DNA of 64,000 nucleotides from an uncultured cyanobacterium (GTDB lineage: Bacteria; Cyanobacteriota; Cyanobacteriia; Leptolyngbyales; Leptolyngbyaceae): positions 32,845-96,844 of the forward strand of contig CAVYAN010000113.1 of assembly GCA_963766075.1 (NCBI GenBank). The letters are read 5' to 3'. Below, in pieces: positions 1-11,003 of the stretch (within the stretch, counting starts at the first letter, position 1; the number at the start of each line of letters is the position of its first letter). The notes beneath the pieces are model-generated. The model did not search any database. It was not told the DNA's origin and saw nothing but the letters and a program-made list of their open reading frames with translations. Position numbers and translations under genes: made by a program.

Positions 1-71
1 AGGCACAGTAAGGGGATTGCGGACAATTGCGGACTGGAGATCAGTTGGGGTCAGCGGGGTGGCTGTGGGGT

Positions 72-3000
72 TCATGGATCCCTCGGGGGGGAGGCTAGGA
101 GGATTTGGATCATCTGGGTCAGGGCGTGCAGCCGAACTGGCTTGGCAAGATATTCTGTGGCTCCGGCGTCCAGACATCTTTGCCGATCTCCCGCCATGGC
201 CAGGGCCGTCAGGGCAATGATCGGCAGTTGAGATAGGTTTGGCCTTTGGCGAAGGATTTGAATGGCGGCCAAACCATCCATTCCAGGCATTTGGATATCC
301 ATCAAAATCAAGTCCGGATGATGTGCTAGGGTCAAATCAATCGCCTCCTGACCGTTGTACGCCAGGATCACGCGATAGTTCTTGGCGATCAGATAGCTGG
401 AAAGCGTCAGAATATTGGCTTCATTATCCTCGGCCAGAAGAATCAGGGGTGCCATCGCGATCGCGCCTACAGCCCCCACAGCCACGGTCGGCGCTAACGC
501 CTCTGGACTGGAACCGGCCAATCGCCCCCACGAATCGGCGTTCCGGCAGGGGAGATGCACGGTAAAGCAACTGCCCTGCCCCAGCGCACTTTGAAGACTG
601 ACAGAACCCCCATGGAGTTCCACAATTTTCTTGACCAACGCCAGTCCTAACCCTGTCCCTTCGTACTGGCGGCTCAGGCTGCTGTCGAGCTGGATAAAGG
701 GCTGAAACAGCTTGGGCTGATCCGCAGCCGCAATGCCAATGCCGGTATCGGTGACGGAAAACAGAATCCAGGCGCTAGCATCCAGCCTTTCCTCTCTCCT
801 GTCTCCGTCCTCCTGCTGCCTCACCGCCAAGGTCACGCTTCCCCCCGCTGGCGTAAACTTAACCGCATTGCTCAATAAATTAATCAGCACCTGCCGCAGG
901 CGGCGTTCGTCCACGGCAATCGTGTCCTGATCTAAGGTTAAGTGCGTTGTGAGCTGAATGTTTTTCTGGAGTGCCTGCTGTTTCACAAAGGCCAAGCTGG
1001 AGTGACACAACTGCTTGACCGACACAGGCTTGATGTCGAGTTCCAGTTTGCCCGCCTCAATTTTCGAGACTTCGAGAATGTCATTAATCAAAGCCAGCAG
1101 ATGTTGACCACTGTGCTCAACTGTGGCGATCGCATGCTTCTGGCGTTCGTTAACAGGGCCATAGACGTTTTCCTGCAAGGCTTCTGACATGCCCAAGATG
1201 CTGTTGAGCGGCGTGCGCAGTTCATGGCTCATGTTAGCCAAAAATTCATCCTTCAGGCGGGTGGCCCGGATGAGTTCGGCGTTGGTGCGTTCCAGTCGCT
1301 GTTCGTATTCTTTGCGATCGCGGATATCCCGGGCAATGGTGGAGAAAAATTCCACCTCGCCTTGGGGTGATTTATGGGCCAGGATGAGTTGCGACAGGGG
1401 AATTTCTTGACCGGCTGCATCCAGCAAAGCGGTTTCACCCATCCAACTGCCCAGGGCGATCGCCGCGGGTAATCCCTGTTGCAGAATCAGTTCGGCGGCC
1501 CACTGCGGATGGTAATCGGTAATGCTGCGGTGTTGCAGGACAGCATCACGTTCTAAACCACAGATCCGTTTGAGGGCCGCATTGTTCCAAATGATATTGC
1601 CGGTAGGGTCTGACATGCTGATGTAGTCCGTCGAGGCTTCCAGGACCGCCAGTAATCGCTTTTGTTCTTGTTCCAAGCGTTTGCGCGCTGTAATATCCTG
1701 CGCCGCGCCGACAGTTTGCGTGACGCGCCCCTGAGCATCCCGCGCAAATACGGCATCTCGACTGTGGAGCCAACGCCATTCGCCGTTAGCGTGGCGCATG
1801 CGATATTCAAATTCCAAAATTTCGCCATCCTGCGCCGCATTGATCTGAGCGTAGTATCCCGGAAATTGGCTTAAATCATCCGGATGGAGCAGCGTGGGGA
1901 ACATAGTGGACCCCATGGCTTGAATCTCGGCGGGCGTGTAGCCGAGAATGCTCCCAATTTCCCGATTGACGTAGACATTGCGATTTTCTGACACGTCATA
2001 GAGGTAGAGAATATTGGGGGAGGCATCGGCAATTTGTTGAATGAAATACTGCCTGTCTTGCAACTGGGTATAGAGTGCTGATTGTTGAATCGCGATCGCC
2101 AGTTGCCCAGAAAGCTGCTGCAATAATTCAATTTCCCAGGCTTGCCAGAGAGCGCGGACCCGAACATTGATGGGCAATCAACAGCCCCCACAGCGTTTCA
2201 TTCTGGACAATGGGTACGACCAGTTTGGCCCTCACCTGCAACCCTCGGAGAAAATCGACCAAGCAGGGTAAAACATCCCCGGTTTCGCAATCGTCTAAGG
2301 CGGCAATGTGTCCCTGCACATAGCGATCGTGGATTTCCAGAGGAAATATTTCTTCTGGATAAATTTGATCAAGAATCACCGGCCAACCGGGCGCAACCGA
2401 TTCGGCAATGGGTTTGCCCGTGCCGTCTGCCAAGATTCGGTAAATCAAGACTCGGTCGGCCTGCAACACTTGGTGCACTTCAACAACGGTGGTGTTGAGG
2501 ATATCTTGCAGGTTGAGCGAAGCGCGGATGTGTTGGGAAATCACGCTAATCAGCCGATCGCAATTGGCCTGTTGCTGGAGGCGGATGTCGGCCCGCTTGC
2601 GATCGCTGATATCCGTCACCCGCACTAAGTTGACCGTGCGACCCGCTACGACAATGGATTTAGCCGCCAGATTGCCCCAAAAAACCTGTCCTTGAAGGGT
2701 GACGTATTCAACTTCGCGAGACCAAAACCCCTGGGTACGCATGTCTGCCTTAATTTCGGCCAGCTCCTGCTCCGAAAAGCGATGGCGTTGCAAGGTATGG
2801 CCTTCAATCCCCAGGAGATTGGCTTTGTCCTGGGCTTCAAAGAGTTGGAGCGCGCGCTGATTACAATCCACGGTCAGCAGGGTGTGCGGATCCACCAAAA
2901 ATAATGCATCGGTCGATTCATTAAAAATTGCCTCGCGCAAATCCCGGCTGCGGATCAGCTCTTCTTCGACCTGTTTCAGATCGCTGATATCCGTCAAAAT

Positions 3001-5618
3001 GCCCTGTTTGCCAATCACAACGCCTTCATCATCCAGAAGCGGGGTGGCGCTCACTCTCACCCAAATATAGTGGCCATCGCGGCGCAAATGGCGGAACTCC
3101 GGATAACTCTTTTGACGTAATTCCAGATCTTTTTGATAATCAAGCGTTACCCAGGGCAGATCGTCAGGATGCACAAGCTCCAGAAACGATTTACCGATCC
3201 AGTCCTGAGGCTCCCAACCAAACAGGGTCTGGAATTGTGGCGACAAGTAGGTGAATCGGCCCTCGGCATCCTGTGCCCAAATAAAATCGCTCATCTCTTC
3301 CACCAATCGACGGAATTTCGCCTCGCTCTCGGCTAATGCAGCCTCCATACGTTTGCGATCGCTAATATCCGTCAAAATGCCCTGTTTGCCAATCACGACT
3401 CCTGCGGCATCAAGAATGGGTGTAGCGCCGCCTCTAACCCAAATATAGTGGCCATCGCGGTGCCGATGCCGGAACTCCGGATGGCTCTTCTTACCCGACT
3501 TTATATCCTGTCTGAAGCCCACCGTCATCCACGGCAGATCGTCTGGATGCACAACTTCGTGAAAGGATTTACCGATCCAGTCCTGAGGCTCCCAACCAAA
3601 CAGGGTCTGGAATTGTGGCGACAAGTAGGTGAATCGGCCCTCAGTATCCTTTGCCCAAACCAAATCACTGCATCCTTCCACCAACCGGCGGAACTTCGCC
3701 TCGCTTTCGGCTAATGCAGCCTCCATGCGTTTGCGATCGCTAATATCCTTTTCAGACCCGCTGATGCGAATCGCCTGCCCCGCTGCATTCCGCACGGCCT
3801 GGGCGCGATCCAAAACCCACATATAACTGCCATCCCGGCGCTGGGTGCGATATTCGATTTCCAAGAACTCCGTTCGGCCCGCCAAGTGGTCATCAACAGC
3901 CGCCATGAGGCGATCGTAATCCTCGGGGTGGATCCGCTTTAAGCACTCCTCCGGCGAATCGCTAATTTCGGCATCCACGAAACCCCGCATTTGCTTCCAC
4001 CGACTGGAGAAAAAGACCTTATTCGTTTGCAGATCCCAATCCCAAATGCCGTCGTTGGTGCCTCGTAAAACGAGTTGCCAGCGCTCTTCGCTGGTTTGCA
4101 GCGCCTCAGTTCGTTCCGCCACCCGCCGTTCCAGGTCTTGGTTTAATTGCCGCAGGGTTTGAGTGGCCTGTTCCCGCTCAATGGCAATCCCGGCAATATG
4201 TGCCGCTCGGGTGGCCACGGCCTGTTCTGGGGCATCGGGGGTATGTCGATCGCGGTGATACAGGGCAAAGGTCCCCAACACGCGCCCATCACTGGCCAAA
4301 ACTCGGCATTGACCAACAGGCCCGCAGCCCATGCTCTAGGGCCAGGTCCTTAAAGTTCTGCCAGAAGGGATCGGTGGCAATATCGGAAACAATCACGGTT
4401 TCTCGGCGAAAGGCTGCCGTACCGCAGGAACCCACGCCTTCTGCGATCGCCATCCCATTCATCGCCTGTAGATACCCATCGGGCAATTGGGGTGCCACCA
4501 CGCTGTACAGGCGATCGCCCTCGCGCAGCATGACGGCACACAGCAGCCCCCGGCAGTTGTCCTTCCATAGCGTGCAGCAAATGCTCCAGAATTTCTGGCA
4601 GCGGCTCGGCCTTGGCAATGCGTTCTAGGATGGCCGCTTGGATGTCGAGGTGCAATTCCGCTTGTTTGCGTTCCGCTTCCAGCCGCGCCCGTTCGCTAAT
4701 ATCCCGCACCACGACGAGCACTTCGTCTTCGTTGTAGGGAACCACCCGCACTTCTTCAATCTGGAGGCTGCCCTCAAGGGAGAGGTTTTGTTCGTAAATT
4801 TGGATCGTGTGGGTTTGCAGTGCCCGCTGGAGATAGGTCAAGCGCCGTTGGGCTAGCTCCGGGGGCAAACTTTCAGACACATGGGTTCCCACCAAATCAA
4901 CCCTATTGCCCACGACGCGAAAGTTGGGCGTAGCCACAAATTCCAGGTAAATGCCCGCCCGATTGATGCGGGCAATCAAGTCTGGGAGAGCCGCAATTAA
5001 GGCCCGCTGATGGGCGAGGCTAGATTGGAGAGCCTGTTCCGTTTGTTTGCGTTCGGCTTCTAGGCGGGCCCGTTCGCGAATATCACGCACCAGCCAGCGT
5101 AACCCTGTGATCGTATCCGCACCGCTGCGGATCGGGGCTACGGTGACTTCAACGGGCAATGGATTGCCCCGCCGGGGTTGCAGCGTCATTTGCCAAGGGG
5201 GCTGCTGGGCGGGCTGCTGGGCGGGCTGCTGACTGGGCAGGGTTTGTTGATGCAGTTGCGTATAAAACGATGTCCGATCGGGTTGAGCTACGAAGAGAGC
5301 AAAGGGTTTGTCGATCAAAAAATCGGGGGTCACGGCCAGTTGCGCCGCGATCGCCAAATTGGCAGACTGCACAATGCCAGTCAATGTAGTCACCAGATAG
5401 CCATCTGGAGCGCAGTTGAATAAATCCTCGTACTTGAACCGTTCGCTTTCCAGTTGGCGGTTCTGCCGCCGCAATTCTTCTTCTGCAACCCGCAGTTCTT
5501 CCTCGGTAGTCTGCAACTCTTCCAGGGTTTGTTGCAGCGCCTGAACGGTTATTTCCTGTATTGCCGGCAGTTCATTTTCCCCAGGGACTGAGATTGGTTG
5601 CCGTTGTTCAGGGTCCAT
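72..5618 (-). CDS. Giant hybrid sensor histidine kinase (coiled coil, PAS x2, GAF, PAS x4, cyanobacteriochrome GAF, PAS x2, HisKA, HATPase, REC); split by ~3 frameshifts
   Basis: Four overlapping ORFs (4350-5627, 4289-4618, 2128-4332, 72-2177) join into one domain string. Motifs: H-box FLANMSHELRTPL, N-box NLLSNAVKFT, G-boxes DTGIGI and GTGLGL, REC ILMDIQMPGMDG, many PAS/PAC motifs (HPDD...DISDRK). Apparent single-base shifts near 4560, 4310 and 2150. Confidence 0.9.
2979..3748. repeat. Intragenic tandem duplication of a PAS-PAC module, period 378 bp
   Basis: ccgtcaaaatgccctgtttgccaatcac occurs at 2991 and 3369. The protein repeat RMEAALAESEAKFRRLVE...RFTYLSPQFQTLFGWEPQDWIGKSF...GVVIGKQGILTDISD occurs twice. 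Confidence 0.95.
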
Positions 5619-5770
5619 TGCCAGCACTCCCGGGTCGCAAGTTTCCTACCCCAGCATAGTGGCATCCCACTGAATCAGGCTCTTAAATAGACTTTAAAGA
5701 TTTGTGCTTGGATGTACCTGTGCCTTTGTTTGCCAGTCTCTATTAACCCGGCAATGGTTGGTTATGCACC

Positions 5771-6071
5771 GGGTTTCGACTCCGCTCAACCCTCATCGAC
5801 TCCGCTTAGGGACTTCCAAGGAAATAAACATCCCACGTCACGACTCAGCAATCGCGCTAGGTGGGCTGAAATGGCAAAGTCTGACCCACCCCGCCCTACG
5901 GGCACCCCTCCAAGGAGGGGAATTTCGGACCAAATCCCCTCCTTGGAGGGGCTAGGGGTGGGTCAAACTCTGCATCGGCACTATTTATTTCTTGGAAGTC
6001 CCTTAGCTGGCTTCCCGTAGGGTAACCCCATCTCCTGGGATAATTTCGTGGGTTGAGCGTAGTCGAAACCC
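5771..6071. mobile_element. Nested small cyanobacterial repeats / MITE-like element
   Basis: Terminal inverted repeats AGGGACTTCCAAG(G)AAATAAA (~5808-5828) and TTTATTTCTTGGAAGTCCCT (~5984-6003) enclose a GACCCACCCC...GGGGTGGGTC hairpin (5883-5964). Flanked by GGGTTTCGACTCCGCTCAACCC (5771) and GGTTGAGCGTAGTCGAAACCC (6051). Confidence 0.7.
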
Positions 6072-6243
6072 ACGGAGCCTTCTATTCCTGGCAGGATGCC
6101 GCGTGCCATGCCCACCCAACACCTAAAAATAGAACCCTCCCTGATTTTGTTATGGCGTGTGCATTTGCAAACCGCACAGGGAACACTGGCATAGTCCCTA
6201 GTGCCTTCAAAGCGGCATCGGCAAAAATGCAGGTAGACCTCAT

Positions 6244-8055
6244 ATGGCTTCACATCTTCCTTGGGCGGCCCCATTTTTCACCTATAGTATCGTTCTCACA
6301 ACGGGCCTATTGGCACAGACCATAACCCTCGCCCAACCTGTTCCCCCCACAGAACTGTCTCCCACAGTCTCATCGACGCTGCCAACCCCTGTCTTGCCGA
6401 AGCCCGCGCCCCTGAGTCCGCAGGGTGTGAGTCCACAGGGTGTCAGCACCCGCGACAAGGCCGGAGACAAGGCCGGAGACACCACTGCGGCCATCCCGCA
6501 GTCCACGGGCGAGCTGTTACCCCCGCCACTGGTTCTGGATGACTCCACAGCGATACCCCAGGATGTGAACGCCAAGTATCGCGTCGATCGCTTTAATGTC
6601 ACGGGCAGCACCGTATTTACCCCCGCAGAGTTTGCGGCGGCCACAGCGGCCTTTACGGGACGAGACTTGACCTTTGCAGAAGTATTACAAGCCCGTGCCG
6701 CCATTACGAAGCTTTACGCCGATAAAGGCTACATCACCACGGGCGCTGTCATCGCTCCCCAACCTGTGGAAAATGGCATTATGGCCATTCAGATTCTGGA
6801 AGGCAGTTTGGAAGATATCCAAATTACAGGCAACCGCCGGCTGAGTGCGAATTACATTCGCGATCGCATCAAACAGGGAGCAGGCACACCACTCAACGTC
6901 CCCCGCCTGTTGGAAAATCTCCAGCTTTTGCGGTTGGACCCCCGTATCAACAATGTTGCAGCGGATTTGCAAGCGGGCGTGCGCCCCGGCACCAATCTAC
7001 TGCAAGTGAATATTGTCGAAGCGGATACCTTCAGTTCCAGCTTTACGTTAGATAACGGGCGATCGCCCAGTGTGGGCAGTTTCCGTCGCCGTGCCCAACT
7101 CACCGAAGCCAATCTGCTGGGTCGAGGCGACACGCTGAGCATCGGCTACGCCAATACCGAAGGCAGCAACGGCATCGATATCAGCTACACGCTGCCGGTG
7201 AATGCCAAGGATGGCGCGGTGTGGTTTAGCTATAGCGGCAACTCAAGCAATGTGATTGAGAAACCCTTTACAGCGCTGGATATCCAAGCCAAGTCGCATT
7301 CCTACGAGTTGGGTTTTCGGCAGCCCTTGCTCCACAAACCCACGCAGGAGCTGGCGGTGGGTTTGGTGTTTTCTCGACAAGAAAGTCAGACGGAATTAGG
7401 CATTGATAACATTGGGCCGTTTCCACTGTCCCCCGGTGCGGATGAGCAAGGCCGCACTAAGGTATCGGCATTGCGATTTTTCCAGGAATATACGCAGCGC
7501 AGTGAAAAGCATGTGTTTGCCCTGCGATTGCAGTTCAGTCTGGGCTTGGACTTCCTAAATTCCAGCGTGAATAACGATGCCCCTGATAGCAAATTCTTTT
7601 CCTGGCGCGGACAGGGCCAGTGGTTGCGGCAGTTGGCCCCCGATTCCCTATTTTTGATCAAGGGGGATGTGCAAATTTCCGGGGACTCTCTGGTACCGCT
7701 GGAGCAGTTTGGCTTGGGTGGCCAATTGTCGGTGCGGGGCTATCGGCAAGATGCCCTATTGAGTGATTCAGGAGCCTTACTGTCGGCGGAGTTTCGCTTA
7801 CCGATTCTGCGGGCGAAAAAGCTCGGCGGGGTGCTGCAATTGACACCCTTTTTGGACATTGGCACGGCGTGGAATGTGGATGGCAACAATCCCACGACCA
7901 ATACGCTGGTTGGTACGGGGCTGGGGCTGCTATGGAAGCAGAGCAATTTCTCGGTGCGAGTAGACTGGGGGATTCCCCTGGTCAAGCTGGAGGGTGAGAA
8001 GCGATCGCTGCAAGATAACGGCATCTACTTCTCGGTGAACTACACGCCGTTTTAG
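6244..8055 (+). CDS. ShlB/FhaC/HecB family (TpsB) two-partner secretion outer-membrane translocator
   Basis: N-terminal signal-like segment, POTRA region (ITKLYADKGYIT...ILEG), beta-barrel with the VRGY motif (GGQLSVRGYRQD) and C-terminal Phe. Confidence 0.9.
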   Translation: MASHLPWAAPFFTYSIVLTTGLLAQTITLAQPVPPTELSPTVSSTLPTPVLPKPAPLSPQGVSPQGVSTRDKAGDKAGDTTAAIPQSTGELLPPPLVLDDSTAIPQDVNAKYRVDRFNVTGSTVFTPAEFAAATAAFTGRDLTFAEVLQARAAITKLYADKGYITTGAVIAPQPVENGIMAIQILEGSLEDIQITGNRRLSANYIRDRIKQGAGTPLNVPRLLENLQLLRLDPRINNVAADLQAGVRPGTNLLQVNIVEADTFSSSFTLDNGRSPSVGSFRRRAQLTEANLLGRGDTLSIGYANTEGSNGIDISYTLPVNAKDGAVWFSYSGNSSNVIEKPFTALDIQAKSHSYELGFRQPLLHKPTQELAVGLVFSRQESQTELGIDNIGPFPLSPGADEQGRTKVSALRFFQEYTQRSEKHVFALRLQFSLGLDFLNSSVNNDAPDSKFFSWRGQGQWLRQLAPDSLFLIKGDVQISGDSLVPLEQFGLGGQLSVRGYRQDALLSDSGALLSAEFRLPILRAKKLGGVLQLTPFLDIGTAWNVDGNNPTTNTLVGTGLGLLWKQSNFSVRVDWGIPLVKLEGEKRSLQDNGIYFSVNYTPF

Positions 8056-8277
8056 GCTGGGGAAGTTTGGGGTCTACTGGAGTCGCAATCGCCGCCATCG
8101 ATGGCAAAAAGAACCGGGTGAAAAGAAACATAGGGAGTTTGCAGAGACGGCGATGCATGATGGCTACAACCCAGCGGAGCATGGCATGGGCAATTTTTGC
8201 AGGCAATTTTTGCAGGCAACTTTTGGAGGCGATTTTTAGGAGCGATTTTAGGGAAATATAATCTGGGAACTACAACC

Positions 8278-8670
8278 ATGTCTCATGCTGCCATTCTCTG
8301 TGTTGATGATGAAGCGCCGATTTTAAAGGTGCTTAAGGAACAACTGAAACGCTTATTCGGCAATCAATACGCCTATGAGGTGGCTCAAAGTGCTGAGGAA
8401 GCCTGGACTGTGATTGACGAGCTAGAGCAGGAAGAGGTTCAAATTCTGATCATCGTCTCGGATTGGCTCATGCCCAATGTCAGGGGTGATGAGTTTCTCG
8501 CACAGGTCCATCAGCGTTTTCCCGAAGTGGTCAATGTCATGCTGACTGGACAAGCAGATGAAGCCGCGATCAACCGCGCCAAAGAACACGCCAATCTCTA
8601 TGCATGCATCTACAAACCCTGGACCGAACAAGAGCTGCAAACCATTATTTACAAGGCGTTGAATCGTTAA
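8278..8670 (+). CDS. Single-domain response regulator (REC)
   Basis: ILCVDDE, phospho-acceptor region VSDWLMP, MLTGQAD, KPW. Confidence 0.9.
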   Translation: MSHAAILCVDDEAPILKVLKEQLKRLFGNQYAYEVAQSAEEAWTVIDELEQEEVQILIIVSDWLMPNVRGDEFLAQVHQRFPEVVNVMLTGQADEAAINRAKEHANLYACIYKPWTEQELQTIIYKALNR

Positions 8671-8673
8671 ATC

Positions 8674-10019
8674 ATGCGATCGGCAATTATTTGTGTTGAT
8701 GATGAATGGGACATTCTGAGAGGGTTGGGCACCCAACTCAAGCATCACTTTGGCAAAGAGTATGACATCGAATTGGTGAGTAGTGGTGAAGATGCGCTTT
8801 TGCTGTGTGTAGAGCTGACAAACGAGGGGAAAGATATACCGCTCATTATTTCTGATCAAAAGCTGCGAGGCATGGCTGGGGATGCCTTGTTGATTCAACT
8901 CCATGCCCTGTATCCCAAAACCCTAAAGATTATGTTAACCGGGCAAGCCGATGCCAAGTCGGTCGGCAATGTGGCAAATGCGGCAGCGCTGTATCGATAT
9001 ATTCCCAAACCCTGGGATGAAACCGACTTGATTTTAACGGTGTCGGAGGCGTTGCGGCGCTTTCAGCAAGATCGGCAACTGGCGGAGCAAAACGAGTTGC
9101 TCCGGAAAACCAATGCGAAGCTGAAAAGTTCTTTGTCGTTGTTATTAGCAACCTTGGAAGCCACGGCGGATGGCATTCTTGTCCTGGACAATTTTGGCAA
9201 AGTCGTCACGTTTAATCAAAAGTTTGCCGGGATTTGGAATCTGCTCCACGCCGAGTCAACGTTCTATGAAGATGACCTATTTTCTGTGATCGTAGAGCGC
9301 TTAATTGAGTCAGATGCCGCTAACTTTCAAGAATTATTCACCCAGATCAACACGGAGAAGCACGGTTTTCTAAGGTTAAAAAGCGGCAACATTATTGAGT
9401 ATTATCTCCAACCTCAACAGCTTACCGGTAAAATTGTCGGTCGAGTTTGGAGTTTTCGAGATGTCACGCAGAAAAAAACAAACCGAAAGAGCTATCAAGC
9501 ATCAAGCATGGCATGACACCCTCACCAATCTCCCGAACCGGAACTTATTTAATCAAAAACTGGCTACGGCGCTGAGTGAGGCGGAACAGGAGGTAAAGCT
9601 CAGCGCCGTGATGTTTTTGGATCTGGATCGGTTTAAGGAGGTCAACGATACGTTAGGTCATGCGGTCGGCGATCTTTTATTACAGAGCGTTGTCCAGCGT
9701 TTTGTGAGTTGTCTCAGGCAGACCGACGTTCTGGCGCGGTGGGGCGGGGATGAGTTTGCTGCTTCTCCTGCCTCACATTAGCCATCAAGATGATGCCAGT
9801 GAGATTGCTCGCAGGCTCATTGAAGTGCTGCAACCGCCATTTTTCCTGGACGGCTATTGTCTGCATGTAACGACCAGTGTTGGTATTGCCGTGTATCCGC
9901 ATCACGGCCTAGACGATAGCGCCTTGCTGCAAAATGCCGATGCCGCCCTCTACCAAGCCAAAAAATCCGGACGCAATAACTATCAGCACTATTCGGTCAA
10001 TGCGATCGCCTCCCATTGA
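8674..10019 (+). CDS. REC-PAS-GGDEF diguanylate cyclase (2 frameshifts)
   Basis: REC (ICVDDE...KPW), PAS (TLEATADGILV...GRVWSFRDVT), then HDTLTNLPNR, DLDRFKEVNDTLGHAVGD, RQTD (RxxD I-site) and WGGDEF, then ADAALYQAKKSGRN. The pieces lie in three frames with shifts at ~9480 (A-run) and ~9760. Confidence 0.85.
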
Positions 10020-10110
10020 AACCCCTGACTCTGCCCCTGAGCCAGGGGCGTATAGCGTCGGCATAGGTACTTGCCGACGCTGGATGCGCTGAGCCGTCTG
10101 TCAGCCCAAA

Positions 10111-10621
10111 TTACTCTGGGCTTAAGGGCTTGATCATGCAGAGGGCCTGGGTCAAAAATCCCAGACTTTGGTAAAGCCCGATCGCCAGTCTGATTGGATT
10201 GAAAGACCTGCAACCCGATTTGGCGATCGCCCCGAGCTATGGCCCAAGCTTCTGCTTGCTGCATCAGCGCACGACCAATCCCCAAACGGCGATGATCCGG
10301 CGCAACGTAAAGCATAAAAATGTGGGCATGGCGATCGCCGACGATTTGATCCACGGCATTGCCCATCCAGAGGCCCGCAATGGGTGCCGCAGTTGGGCGA
10401 TGACGTACCAACGGCAAACCACCGTCTGCCATAGAAAGCCAATCAACCCACCACAGTGGTGTCGTCGTTGAAAAGTATTGATCAACTGTTTGGGCTAAAT
10501 GGGTGCCAGGTTGGGCCGCATCCATTTCAGCGTAGGTGCGCTGCATGAACTTAACCAGCAGCGATCGATCCAGGATCGAGCCAGCGCGTAGCCTGTAGCT
10601 CACGGGCAGAGACACCATCAT
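10111..10621 (-). CDS. GNAT family N-acetyltransferase (frameshift near 10186)
   Basis: LYVAPDHRRLGIGRALM acetyl-CoA motif. Removing one base restores ..NQTAIGLYQSLGF..MIKPLSPE* ending at 10111. Confidence 0.85.
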
Positions 10622-10668
10622 GGGCAGAGACCCAGGGGCAAAGACACCATGGAGCGCACCGTCGTTGG

Positions 10669-10908
10669 TTAAAGCCGCTCGGACAGGGATGACTCATTCG
10701 GCAAGCCCTTGACCAAGGTCGATAAGGAGGGCGGCAATCCCGCCAAGGACTCGGACCGTGTTCCCCCCGGCACTGCACCGACCTCTTCAATCGGGGCAGG
10801 GGCCGCCATATCCGAGGGCAGAAAAATCCGGGAACTGACCGCCACTAGGGCAAACAGAAAGGTTAGGACAATTAATAGAGGAGCAATATATTGCCGAAAA
10901 ATCGCCAT
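10669..10908 (-). CDS. Small conserved cyanobacterial membrane protein
   Basis: MAIFRQYIAPLLIVLTFLFALVAVSSRIFLPSDMAAPAP: one TM helix, resembling a conserved cyanobacterial hypothetical protein. Confidence 0.65.
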   Translation of the reverse strand: MAIFRQYIAPLLIVLTFLFALVAVSSRIFLPSDMAAPAPIEEVGAVPGGTRSESLAGLPPSLSTLVKGLPNESSLSERL

Positions 10909-11003
10909 AGGACGGTAAATAGTTTATTCAGTTAGCGAAATTTTTCTGAGACACCGCTCAAGATTTATTAAGCGCTCTCATTTACCATCGTATCGCGAAT
11001 TTC

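Noticed and set aside
9471..9490. A-rich run in the GGDEF gene considered as a programmed ribosomal frameshift
   Set aside because: The gene has a second unrelated shift and many other genes show similar indels, so sequencing error is the simpler explanation.
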